Below are positions 12,899 through 25,170 of a stretch of DNA of 64,000 nt, piece after piece. This DNA comes from Octopus sinensis (Eukaryota), in assembly GCF_006345805.1 (NCBI RefSeq), contig NC_043006.1:48298001-48362000 (forward strand), given 5' to 3'. The number at the start of each line of letters is the position of its first letter. The stretch's first letter is position 1. Position numbers and translations under genes: made by a program. The notes under the pieces were generated by a model. The model had not been told where the DNA came from. It searched no databases and saw only the letters and a program-made list of their open reading frames with translations.

Positions 12899-13680
12899 AG
12901 GTTATAACAGGTAGTGGTGTCATTGAGACCCAAAGGTATCAGGTAATGCTGAATAAGTGCTATAGACAGACCATAGTTAAGTTCCAGGTTCGGTGATTTT
13001 GCAAATAAGGGATTCAACGTTGGTCATATGTCAGCGTGTGTATATAAGAAATTTTTGCGTAATGAGATAAAAAAACCAAGGCTGTGTAGATATTAGAACA
13101 TTTATAGATAGAAAGTCTTACAGCTGTTTCCAGGATATTTATTAATTATATCCCTTCATAGGAGACGGTGTGAGAGGATGGTTAAGTAATAATTAATTTA
13201 GATAGGGTACAAAATAGAGAGTGAGGTGGAGGAAAGAAAATAGATGTGAGATATGTAGGGATATTGAATTTGTAGATCTATTCTTTTTAGGCAGGATGAT
13301 ATATGTAAGATTCCAATACCTTATGTGAAAAATCCAACAGTATTTAAAATTGCTCATTCCAAGAATGAACAATTTTACCCTCTAAATATTTGTTTTAGTT
13401 TGGTTTCCTTGTATGTCTCTACTGTCCTGTTTTTGTTCCCAACTTTGACCCTCCACAAATCCCAAATTTTATTTTTGTCCTTATGGAAGCAACTGTTTTC
13501 GAAGACTCATATTGTCGTTCAAAGCTCGAAATGGAGAGTAGATAGACAGCCGACTACTGATGAAGGGTCGTTCTTTATGTTACTTGTCCTGTTTTCCATT
13601 TGTTTCTCTCGTTGTTTGCATATTCAACTCATTCGCTTTCGTATTTCATGTTGCTTATTGTTGGTGACGTCCTGTACCCA
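12897..13680 (-). mobile_element. Probable Penelope-associated repeat inserted in (TA)n, carrying a hammerhead motif
   Basis: Bounded by (TA)n tracts; hammerhead-like motif at 13115-13166. No RT or GIY-YIG coding recognised. Confidence 0.4.
13115..13166 (-). ncRNA. Degenerate type I hammerhead ribozyme motif (loop 3 AGCU)
   Basis: Minus strand: gtct-CCTATGA-agggatataattaataaatatcctg-GAAAC-agct-GTA-agac. Stem I gtct/agac, stem II ggatat/atatcc, core has two changes from CUGAUGA. Confidence 0.55.
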
Positions 13681-13701
13681 TATATGCATGTGTACATATA
13701 C

Positions 13702-13782
<81 letters not shown>

Positions 13783-14217
13783 CATACATACATACATACA
13801 TACATACATACATACATACATACATACATACATACATACATACATACATACATCAAAGAATTCAAATTTGAAGTTGCTGTTTCAGGCTCTTCAAATTTAC
13901 AGAACACAGAGATAAGTTATTAATATGCTAAAACTCATTGTAGCGGAGAAAAGGAAGTTTATGAGCACCCAATACCAAGAAGTGATTCGCATATTTCCTT
14001 GAAATTTGGTTTATGTGATTGCTGGATATTTGGGTTAAGTATGAACGATGTAACTTCCTATTTCTCATTCCAGTAATGTTAATTATTTAAATAAATATTT
14101 TCAATGATACAATTTAAATGCTTCAATGAAAATATTCCTGTGCTTCCCCACCGAAAATTTGTTTTCGTATCGTACGTGAAATATAGGAGAACCACGCAAG
14201 AGTACTCTCTCTCTCTC

Positions 14218-14285
<68 letters not shown>

Positions 14286-14506
14286 GTGACCCATTTCTCT
14301 CTCTCTCTCTCCCCCCCTTTGTCTCTCTCTCTTCACTCTCTCTCTCTATCTATCTAGCTATCTATCTAACTACCCATTTCTCTATCTATCTATCTATCTG
14401 TCTATCTACACATATAGACACACACATGCAGGCGTTGATATAAACTGAGGCAGGAATAGTTATTGAAAATAAGCCAACAAGAGTCAAAATACGCGCAATA
14501 AATCTG

Positions 14507-14540
<34 letters not shown>

Positions 14541-14860
14541 GCACACACACACACACATATAAAGAAGACTTTTGACAAAGTCTTATGAAAAGTCAATGGC
14601 AATAGATGTATGTTTAAGAACTCGCTTTACAGCCATGTTGTTTGCAGTGACGGGTTCAGCCTCACAGGGCAGTACCTAGAGTTGCGAGTGAATTTGGAAG
14701 CCAGAAACATGTGTGGAACCCTTCGTTTATACATACATACATACATACATACATACATACATACATACATACATACATACATACATTCATATATACATAC
14801 ATACATACATACATACATACATACATACATACATACAGGTATACATACATACATATATAT

Positions 14861-15099
14861 TCTTTTACTTGTTCCAACCATTTGACTGCGGTTATGCTGG
14901 AGCACCACAAGAAACAGTCTTAGTCGAAGAAATCGACTACACGACTAATTCTTTGTGAGCCTAGTACTTATTCTATCGATTTTTTTGCCGAACCGCTAGG
15001 ATACGGGAATGTAAACACTCCAACATCGGTTGTCAAGTAATGGTGGGAGGACAAACACAGACACAAAGGCACACACGCATATATATATATATCTATCTA

Positions 15100-15148
<49 letters not shown>

Positions 15149-15312
15149 ATATATATACATAAATATATAGGACTGGCTTTTTCGATTCCCTCCTCCAAAT
15201 CTACTCACTAGGCTTTGGTCGGCACGAGGCTATAGTTGAAAACACCTGCTACGCATTGGGACTGAACCTGGAACCATTTGGTTGGGATGCAAGCTCTTTA
15301 CAACGCAGCCAC
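14861..15312 (-). mobile_element. SINE group A
   Basis: Full-length diverged match with expanded internal (TA)n. Confidence 0.85.
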
Positions 15313-15478
15313 ACATACACACACACACACACACACACCACACACACACACACATATACATATGTACATGTATTACGTTTACATATATATATATGTATGT
15401 ATATATGTATGTATTATGCATGTATGTATGTATGTAAATGTGTGTGTATGTGTGTGTAAAATATAAATGAGTAACTCA

Positions 15479-15598
15479 GATGCATACGTGTCAATTCATT
15501 ACGGCCGTTTCGAGTGACTCCTTTAATTGATCAATGCTTGCATTGATCAATTAAATGCGTCGCTCGAAACGGCCGTGATGAATTGACATTTGTACATC
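15479..15598. repeat. ~120-bp palindrome (hairpin)
   Basis: Arms 15489-15537 and 15540-15588 are reverse complements with about 5 mismatches and a 2-nt loop. Confidence 0.85.
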
Positions 15599-15959
15599 TT
15601 TGTTAGTTATATTTTACTGACCTACCCTTGAATCTGCACTTCGGAAGTATTTGGACAGTATTCTTATATAAAGTAAATGCCTGCACCAACACGATCGGAT
15701 TTATTTACTAAGTTGGATCCTGTCATCTGCATACACTGTATGAATATCGGGTGGAAAAAATTCTATGTAGAATTTGATATTCAATTATTATTTCTTTTGT
15801 GTTGAAAATAAGTTCGTCCAAAAAAGGTGTATCGATTTAAACACCCGAATCTAAATTTAATTTATGTGTGTGTGTGAGTGTGTGTGTGTGTGTGTGAGTG
15901 TATAGAAAGAAGATAGGCAGGTAGATAAATATATATGTATGTATATATATGTATGTGTG

Positions 15960-16170
15960 TCTTTGTGTTTGTGTTCGTGACCTTCACCCTCAGTTGACAA
16001 TCGGCGTTGGTTTACTTCTCCAAAACTCAACGGTTTGGTAAAAGTCCCCCGTTAGAATACGAACCAGACATCAAAAGCGATACCGGGCGGATTTTTTCCG
16101 ACTAAAACCCTTCAAGCTGATACTCCAGCATTGCCGCAGGGCGATGACCAAAATAAGTAGCAGAAAATAA
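15960..16170 (+). mobile_element. SINE group A, diverged 3' half
   Basis: ttgacaatcggcgttgg...gatactccagcattgccgcag. Confidence 0.6.
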
Positions 16171-16729
16171 ATGTATAATAACGAGCAAAACGCCCCCCGT
16201 CCAATGGACGGTGCTGAATCATATCTGTTAAATAAAAAGCAATCAGTGTTTTCTTTTCAATAAAAAATAATTAAGCATGCCTTTATTTCAATAAAATGTT
16301 TGGTTTTGTTAAACGAAGTTAAGGCAAAAAAAAAAAAAAAACTTCTTGAGAAATCAAATAGTATTTCCTTCCTTCATGCCAAGTTTGAAAAAAATATTTC
16401 TTTTGCATCTTACTTTTTTGGTCTCTTAAATATACTGCATTTTGTGGCATTATTTCAAGCCAGCCGGCTTTATTTGCGCAAACTGCACGTCCTTTTTTCT
16501 CGCGTACGCGTAGTATCGATCGCAACAGCTGATGTACTTGCGCGTACAAATGCACGTTCCCACAGCATTATCGATCGCATTCACACCTGGAATCGATTTT
16601 TGTAATTTTTTCAAGACTTATACACGCTCTGATACCGTCGGTATCTACATATCAAATTTGAGCGCAATCGGGTGGAGGATGCCGAGATCCAAGAAGACAC
16701 ACGCACACACAGACAGAAAGGATTTTATA

Positions 16730-17239
16730 TCTATATATATAAAACTGTAGTTGTGTGAGTGTCTGTCCCCTTCGATTTAGATTCCTAACTACTCCCACAT
16801 TTTGCGGTGCAGTTTAACCAAATTCGGGTATCTTATAGTCGTGATTAATATCGAGCCCGTCTGAGTATTAGCGCGCGTCTACGATGAGTCTACGATTTTA
16901 AAAATAATTTAACATCATTTTTTATTCCATTTTAATGCATAATTTTTCGTATGTCGATGGCGGCGGAGTTGGCGTCCACGCTCACAGCTGCACCTGTTTG
17001 CTTCTCCCCCTTCCCTCCCTCGTGAAGCTGTGGGGAAGGGAGTGTAAGGAAATCAACGTCGTAAAGCGTTGTCAAGGAGACCAGCGTTCTTTTAGAACAA
17101 CGACTTCATGGCTTGAAGACACCAAAACAGAAATGGCTAAGAAAGCCCGAGTTGGCATCTATAAGGGAAGTAACTCTCTAAAAATGCTTATATAGTTATT
17201 TCCCTTACAAACCCGAGCAACGCCGGGCGATACTGCTAG
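16730..17239 (+). mobile_element. Non-autonomous Helitron
   Basis: Starts TC (tctatatatataaaact) after A16729. Ends with the GC hairpin cccgagcaacgccggg 8 nt before CTAG, followed by T17240. This is the canonical A|T insertion and terminal structure. Confidence 0.8.
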
Positions 17240-17624
17240 TAATAGATATGAAATAAATGGAACGAATTTCATCGAAACGGTTCAAACGCGAACAGAAGCT
17301 GTGTGGCAGCTGCGATTCGCCGAAAGAATATAAAAACCTACACAAATGCTTGCAATATGTGTCACACATTTTTGCACATCGGTATATTTTATGTACAGTT
17401 TGTATTTGAGTAATCACAACGATTTCATATTTCGCGAGAAGGAGAATTGTTTTATCGTCATATAAATGGCTAAGCGGAATACCTCGGCAATTTTTCATTA
17501 TCTATTCAATTCCTGTTTTTTTTTTGTGTTTTTTTCGTTGATGTCAATTTCTTGTTCATTTCCGCTGTTCCTCTCTCGAAGTTAAAGTTAATTCCCTGTT
17601 TCTCACCATCCCTGCCTTCTGACT

Positions 17625-17695
17625 TTTCTTCTTCTTCTTCTTCTTCTTCTCTCTTCTTCTTCTTCTTCTTCTTCTTCTTCTTCTTCTTCTTCTTT
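17625..17695. repeat. (TTC)n microsatellite
   Basis: Direct reading. Confidence 0.95.
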
Positions 17696-17928
17696 GTCTA
17701 TCTCTCTCTCCCCCTCTCTCTCCCCTCCTCTCTTTCATTCTCTCTCTCTCTCCCTTCTATTCCTGTATATCTTACTATTCATCTATTTAACACTGTTTCA
17801 CCGTCAATTTTATTCTACGCAAAATGGCTTGCCATAAATTCTTTCTATATGTTCCCCTATTTTCTTTCAGCACCCCCGTCTTTCTCTCTTTCTCTCTCTC
17901 TCTCGCTTTCTTTCCCTATTATATATAT

Positions 17929-17986
<58 letters not shown>

Positions 17987-18102
17987 GCAATTAAGGACAA
18001 CTACTTAATAAGGAAAGCTTAACAAGAAATTGTCAGGTAGATAGCGTGAAAACCTCATAAGAGAAAAAATTTCGAAATAATTATTTCTTATTGAACATAT
18101 TA

Positions 18103-18360
18103 ATTTATATATAGAGGGCATTATACATACATGCCAGATGGCATTATACATAAATGCCACACGCTAAGAGGGACAATTAGTCATTTCTACCAAAAATATT
18201 ACTAATCCCACCGAATGCAATTTTTCAAGTAAGACATGTCTTACTTTGAAAAATTGCATTCGGTGGGATTAGTAATATTTTTGGTAGAAATGACTAATTG
18301 TCCCTCTTAGCGTGTGGCATTTATGTATAATGCCTTCTGGCATGTATGTATAATGCCCTC

Positions 18361-18371
<11 letters not shown>
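18103..18371. repeat. 269-bp near-perfect spacerless palindrome
   Basis: Arms of 134/135 bp centred on aagaca|tgtctt, one mismatch and one 1-bp indel. Confidence 0.95.
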
Positions 18372-18395
<24 letters not shown>

Positions 18396-18545
18396 GGAAC
18401 AGTCATTTTAACGAGATTTTTTAATTTATTTATCACCCGACGAGATACGTCTGCACCACCGGATACACCTGAACCAGTTTTTGTGTGTCCCATAAGAGGA
18501 GTCGATGCTAGATGTGTCGAAACAATTGTGATTAATAATATATTC

Positions 18546-18580
<35 letters not shown>

Positions 18581-18590
18581 CTCTCTCTTT

Positions 18591-18625
<35 letters not shown>

Positions 18626-18628
18626 GCA

Positions 18629-18990
18629 GAGGCGCCCATTGGTTGGGGCAGCGGACTCGCGGTCGTAGGATTGCGGTTTCGATTCCCAGACCGGGTATTG
18701 TGAGTGCTTATTGAGCGAAAACACCTAAAGCTCCACGATGCTCCGACAGGGGGAGGTGGCGAACTCTGCTGTACTCTTTCACCACAACTTTCTCTCACTC
18801 TTCCTTCCTCTTTCTGTTGTACCTGTATTTCAAAGGGCTAGCCTTGTCACACTCTGTGCCACGCTGAATCTCCCTGAGAACTACGTTAAGGGTACACGTG
18901 CTCAGCCACTTGCACATTCATTTCTCGAGCAGGCTGTTCCGTTTGTTGGATCAACTGGAACCCTCGTCATCGTAACTGACCGAGTGCCAC
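18629..18990 (+). mobile_element. SINE group C with tail 3
   Basis: Group C head followed by gtatttcaaagggctagcc...gctgaatctccctgagaactacgttaagg tail, also seen at ~44850. Confidence 0.8.
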
Positions 18991-19000
18991 GATATATATC

Positions 19001-19627
19001 GTGACTGCGCCATAACACTAACATATAACTGAGAGACGATTGACACGTGTCTCTTCTTTATACATTATAATTTTTCAAATTCACCGCGCAAGTACAGTAT
19101 CAGTCGGCAGTAAATGAATGACTGCCGAACTAATCTTTTAAAAATTGCTAAAAACTTATGCGTAAAATATATATAGGGTGGTGAGTGTTCTTTTGAAAAT
19201 TCACCACCAGCGGCCTAGCATGTATAAAAAGTCAATAGTCAACATATTTTCAAATATAAAGTTGTGCACATTTTAAATACAAGAGAAAGCTGCCTTCAAC
19301 AAGCAGTTTTTACACGCTAGAAGCGGTGAATTTCAAAAATTATAATGTGTAACGAAGAAACACGTGTAAATCGTCTCTTAATTATATGTTAGTGTCATGC
19401 CGCGGTCACCGAGGAAAAATTTCCCCTAGCAAATTATTTTATTTGCTAAAAAAATTTAGAAACCTAGGTCTGACCGGAATAAAATAACAAGATAAATTTT
19501 TTTTTTCATTCCTTTTAAAGATTGCTCTTAAATGTGATTTTGGTCGTTTTGACTACTCCTTCTAGCGAGTAAAAGCTGCCTATTGAAAGCAGTTTTCTCT
19601 TGTGTTTAAATGTACACTATTTTATAT
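19001..19627. mobile_element. Foldback/MITE-like element with two interleaved inverted repeats
   Basis: A 19001-19087 vs A' 19323-19409; B 19254-19323 vs B' 19559-19627; both pairs visibly diverged. Confidence 0.65.
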
Positions 19628-19638
19628 GTATATATATA

Positions 19639-19696
<58 letters not shown>

Positions 19697-19711
19697 GTGT
19701 GTGTGTGTGTG

Positions 19712-19925
19712 CGTTGATAAAAATACAAAAGAATGAAAGCGACCTCGATATTATGTAAATAGAGGAATTTATCTGTAAATGTAATATGTGACAATTATTC
19801 GGTAGCCATGCTATTTCTCCGATGGCCGGATAACTGAAGAGATGGCGGCGTGGATTTCCACCTCGGCATCCGAAACTCGGAGTTTTATCATGGCTACTGA
19901 ATAATTGTCACATATTACATTTACA
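19712..19925. mobile_element. Inverted-repeat element (37-bp arms) enclosing a hammerhead motif; Penelope pLTR-like
   Basis: Arms 19774-19810 and 19889-19925 differ at 1 of 37 positions; flanked by (TG)n and (TA)n. Confidence 0.6.
19829..19889 (+). ncRNA. Type I hammerhead ribozyme motif
   Basis: gataa-CTGAAGA-gatggcggcgtggatttccacctcggcatcc-GAAAC-tcgga-GTT-ttatc. Stem I gataa/ttatc is 5 bp perfect; stem II is an ~11-bp imperfect hairpin with one extra C before GAAA; core intact. Confidence 0.7.
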
Positions 19926-20529
19926 TATATATATATATATATACAAAAATTAGGGAATGGAGGAGATAAAATCCGGGTTATATATGTGTCACATCCAGCG
20001 GAAACTCGGGAGTATTAAATTATCCAAACGAGGGGTAGACCGCAAGCTACACTTCAGGACAAGGATGCCTTGATTATGTGTAGTCAACATACATATGACT
20101 AGGAACATATTTAGGTGCTTGCGTTTACGTTTCACTTGTTTTTTGTGTTACACTATGTTCTGTATTATCGATCTTTAATACATAGATATCGATAAAATTA
20201 CTATGAGAGAGAAATAATTTCCTGAATCGGTATAAGCCTCTAAACTTTTGTGGAAAGTGTCTCATCATTACTGCACTCCAATAAACAAAGTCAGAAGAGG
20301 CTGGATGATCAATAACTCTACTTCTAACCCGACATATTGTGCTTAATACCTTGTCACATTTGCAAGATATCACCATTGTTTTCCACATTATATCTCACAC
20401 GCTACGCCTGTATACTACGAGCCATGATTATATCTTTCACATATAATATCCCTTGATGTCATCTGTCATATCTGTACAGATCTGTCGTCATATCTCTAGA
20501 TTAAATTTCATTTGTAGCTCTCACACATG

Positions 20530-20766
<237 letters not shown>

Positions 20767-20905
20767 GTTATGTGTTCGGTTCTTCATGTTCTCAGTTCTA
20801 TTTCCGCCGATATCGACGTAGCCTCCTATCTTTGGGGGGCTGATTAAGTACCAGTTGAGCACGATTTCATCCACACAATTGATCCCCTTTCTCTCTGTGC
20901 CTATT

Positions 20906-20936
<31 letters not shown>

Positions 20937-21291
20937 GTGGAGGAGGAGGAGGAGAAGGAGGAGTCATCGTTGTTTTTGTCTATAAAATATGTTAACGTAG
21001 TTGTTTTTGTTGTTATTTTTAAACCCAGCTCGAATTATTTCTTTTAAACCCTGCCCGAATAGTTATATGTTCAAGGTCATTCGAACCGTAACTTTCCTAT
21101 ATTTTAAAGCTGTCTGATATGTACTGTCTTTATTTCAGTGACTAAGTTATAATTTACAGCAGATTTGCTTCGTATTTCTAACATCTTAAGCTTCTATGCT
21201 CCTTCGTAGAGTACCCAGTAGTAGTTCATGTAGATTTCATGTAGAGATTTGTAGCGAAGTGTTTTTGATAACTTATATATATTATCAAAAA

Positions 21292-21586
21292 GGCACATGG
21301 CCTAGTTGTTAGAGCAGTGGACACGCGGTCGAGGGATCGCGGGTTGAATCTCAGATCAGGCGATGTGCGAGTTTATGGGCGAAACACCTGAGCTACACGC
21401 GGCTCCGGTAATGGCGAACTTCTGCAGACTCTTTCGCCACAACTTTCTCTCACTCTTTCCTCCTGCATCTTGCAGCTCACCTGCGACGGACCGGCGTCTC
21501 GTCCAGTTGGGGAACCTATACGCCAAGGAAACCGGGAAACCGGTTCTTTTGAGCCAGGTGTGACTCGAGAAGGAACAAACAATAAA
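21292..21586 (+). mobile_element. SINE group C with tail 1b
   Basis: ggcacatggcctagttgttagagc head; tail gcatcttgcagctcacctgcgacggaccggcgtc...gagaaggaacaaac. Confidence 0.8.
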
Positions 21587-21739
21587 TAGATTATCAAAGC
21601 AACTCACCTTAATACACTGTTATTTTCAAAAGTAAACATTGAACCGCTCCTTTCATTAGAATTCATTCTGTGGCTCTTTCATGGAGCGGGGGGCATAGCC
21701 AGATATTCTTATCCCTGCTGCAATATATTTACTGTCTTT

Positions 21740-21895
21740 ATGTTCTGAGTTCAAATTCCGCTAATGTCGACCTTGCCTTTCATCTTTTCGGAATCGATGA
21801 ATTAAGTACAGTTGCGTACCTGGGCTGATCTAATCGACTGACCCTCTCGCCAAAAATTTCGGGCCTTGTGACTAGCGCAGAAAAGAATATATTTA
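21740..21895 (+). mobile_element. SINE group B, variant tail B2
   Basis: gagttcaaattccgc...aaatttcgggccttgtg...agaaaagaata. Confidence 0.75.
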
Positions 21896-22681
21896 GTATT
21901 GCCCATCATGCAACATATTTTTTTCTGTTCGTGATCCCTTGCAGAATTTCCGAGGCTTATAGTAGGAAGAGAAGTAACCACAACATACAAATTTATCTCG
22001 AACGCTTGCAGCACTGATAATTCCGGTAAACACTTTAAAGGACCCCGGACTTGGAGATAAATAGGGTAACAAAAAATGTTTACTGGCCAAGTGGTCTACG
22101 AGCTCAGGTATCATACACCTGGAAAAAAAGTTCTTACGATATCGTGAACCCAGACTCTAGATTTGTACTTTATTTATAATATAAAAGGCAAATTTGACTC
22201 GGATTTGAACACTGGACGCTACAAGCAGAAAGGAAATTTCGCAAAGTATTTCGTCGAATATTGTAACGATTTTTGCCAGTTTGCCAAATAAGAAGAACGA
22301 ATAATCTAATCATTGTTAGCATGATGTATTATACAGAGACTTCATATAAAAGAGAAAAACGATCTTGATTAAAGAAATACAAAGAGAGGGCGAGGGTATG
22401 AGAAAGATAACTAGAGAAAAGGGTTGAAGTGGGAAAAGTGAATGAAAAAAGTGAATGATAAATAGATGAATATTGGCAGTCAGCACAATATTTGGACTAA
22501 ATATGAATGATAAACAATTAGTGAGCTGTAGATGTTGGGCGTGGGGAGGAGGATGTTATGGTTGTTTCGCATCGGTCGAGCAGAAATACGATTAAAGTCT
22601 TTCAGCTACAAACATTTTGCAGGATCTAAGACTGAATTGACCAATGTGACATTCATATATATATTTTTTTTTTTTTTAAGT

Positions 22682-23080
22682 AGCGTAGGAGTGGCTTTGT
22701 GGTAAGTAGCTTGCTTACCAACCATATGGTTCCGGGTTCATTCCCACTGCGTGACACCTTGGGCAAGTGTCTTCTACTATAGCCGACCAAAGCCTTGTGA
22801 GTGGATTTGGTAGACGGAACATGAAAGAAGCCCGTCGTATATATTTATATATGTATGTGTGTGTATATGTTGGTGTGTCTGTGTTTGTACCCCCAACATC
22901 GCTTGACAGCCGATGGTTTACGCCCCCGTAACTTAGCGGTTTGGCAAAAGAGACCGATAGAATAAGTACTAGGCTTCCAAAGAATAAGTCCTGGGGTCGA
23001 TTTGCTCAACTAAATGCGGTGCTCCAGGATAACCGCAATCAAATGACTGAAACAAGTAAAAGAGTAAAAGCGTAAAGAGC
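22682..23080 (+). mobile_element. SINE group A
   Basis: Full-length match. Confidence 0.85.
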
Positions 23081-23296
23081 GTAGCTTAATATTTCAAGCA
23101 CTCAAGACAAGTGCATAGAGGTATGTGTGTGTGTGTGTAGAAAAAGAGTGGGAGAAAGACAGACAGACAGACAGAGATAATATACTTTCATACATGCGTA
23201 CATATATACATACAAACATATGCATCCATTAAGATATGTGTGTGTGTTTGTGTGTGTGTGTGTGTGAGTGTTTAAATTTTTCGTTTAGGGTGGCTT

Positions 23297-23522
23297 AAGG
23301 CAGCGAGCTGGCAGAACCGTTAGCACACAAGGGCGAAATGCTTAGCGGTATTTCGTCTGCCGTTACGTTCTGAGTTCAAATTCCGCCGAGGTCGATTTTG
23401 CCTTTCATCCTTTCCAGGTTAATTAAATAAGTACCAGTCACGCACTGGGGTCGATATTATCGACTTAATCCCTTTGTCTGTCCTTGTTTGTCCCCTATAT
23501 GTTTAGCCCCCTGTGGGTGGTG
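23297..23522 (+). mobile_element. SINE group B
   Basis: Full-length match. Confidence 0.85.
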
Positions 23523-23562
23523 TAGAGCTCAATATATGTATGTTTTCGTATATAGTAAATTT

Positions 23563-23601
<39 letters not shown>

Positions 23602-24699
23602 TGTATGTATGCTTGTGTATGCTCAAACGCATATGTATATGTATATGTGTGTGAGCGTCTGTTTGAAAACTGAATGCGTGAATGCATACTGAACGTTATA
23701 CAGAATATCCCTTGTTTCACAATTTGAACTTAAAATGCATTGTTTTGCTTTGTATAACTCAATCTTTCCACTCTCGATTTGTTTGGCCTCATCACCGATA
23801 TGAATGTAAATGCGAAAAACAGAATCGACCCAAGAAAAGTTATGCGCTTTTCCATTCTATTATGGAAATAAGTGTGAATACTTGGTTGCCATAACGTGGT
23901 ATGATTGGCGTACCAAACGCGATTGCGCCTAAGAGATGACCTGACGATAGATAGTCAGCCTTTAATTTCGACAATATTCATTATCTGCCTGATCTTTTCT
24001 CGGCCTTAAACAATACAGATTTCTGAAAGTGGATGTCAACAGTAGCCCTAAGATTGCGTCCATTTTCCTTCAATGAGTCATTTGACCATGCCTCAATATG
24101 AATACTGTCCAGAAAAACAATGTTTTTTTTTCTTTCTTTTTTCGTTGGTTTGCTCTCTGAAGCGCATAACAGAATTCGAAGCTTCAGTTACCCAATTATT
24201 TCAACCGTTGCTTTATTCTGGTTATTTTTGTTTGCTTTGCTCCTTTATTTTCTTTTATCAATTCCGAGGGAAAGAATTTATTGTGTTCCATAATTCAGGC
24301 ATGTAAATTGGTTTTATAGTTTAGTGGAGCCGATGAAAAGTGCCCTCTGTTCACAGTAACAGTGTATAGGTACAACTTCCTTCGCCGTTCATACTCAGTC
24401 GATAATTGCTGGAATTTGCTTAAATAAAGATGTTGCATTATGTAGGAGAGGTGATTGTGCTAGCAGTGGAGAGTTTATAGTGCTATCTGATGCAGTTTAG
24501 AGGTTGTAGGGTTATACGATTATAGCGAATATATTGTGGTTCAGTATGCGTGCAAGTGAAAGATTCTGATATAGTATGATTGTAATAGGGAGATCGAGGT
24601 GTTGTATTATTGTAATGGAAAGATTGTGGTGTCTGTAAACGTAATGGAAAAATTATAGTATTGTATGATTAAATGAGAGATTGTGGTATTGCGAGTTTG

Positions 24700-25170
24700 T
24701 GCTCTTGTCTAATTGTAATGAAGCGATTACTGAGAGGAAACTGTACTGAGATGTATCGATGTACTATTTTAGAAATAGTCGTGTTGTGTGATAACAATTG
24801 AGAGAGTGTGGTTTTTGTGTGAATGTGAGGAAGAGATAGTGGTATCATGTGACTGTATCGAGAAACTGTGTTTTTGTGTGTTTTTATCATGTTAGAGCTT
24901 CGGGTACTGTATGGTTGCAAAGGAGTTTTGTCTTATTGTAATGAAGTGACTGTGGCGAAAAATAACTGTACAGAGATATATCGTTGTATCATTTAAGAAA
25001 TAGTCGTGTTGTTTGATAATTCAGAGATTATAGTTTTTGTGTGAGTGTAAGAAGAGATAGTTGTATCGTGTGACTGTATCAAGAAATTGTGTTGCTGTGT
25101 GTTTTTATAATGTTAGACTTTGAAGTGTTGTTTGATAGCGAAGGAATTATTGTGAGTGAAACTAACAGAT
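24700..25170. repeat. Old ~225-bp tandem duplication, C-poor on the + strand
   Basis: aaatagtcgtgttg at 24773 and 24998 with alignable flanks. Confidence 0.7.

Noticed and set aside
13527-13575. cgaaatggagagtagatagacagccgactactgatgaaggg, a possible hammerhead
   Set aside because: CTGATGA is present, but stems I-III cannot be formed in the correct register and no GAAAC follows.
19357-19368. GAAAC-ACGT-GTA motif
   Set aside because: No CTGANGA nearby and the partner inverted copy reads GAGAC, so it was not counted as a ribozyme.
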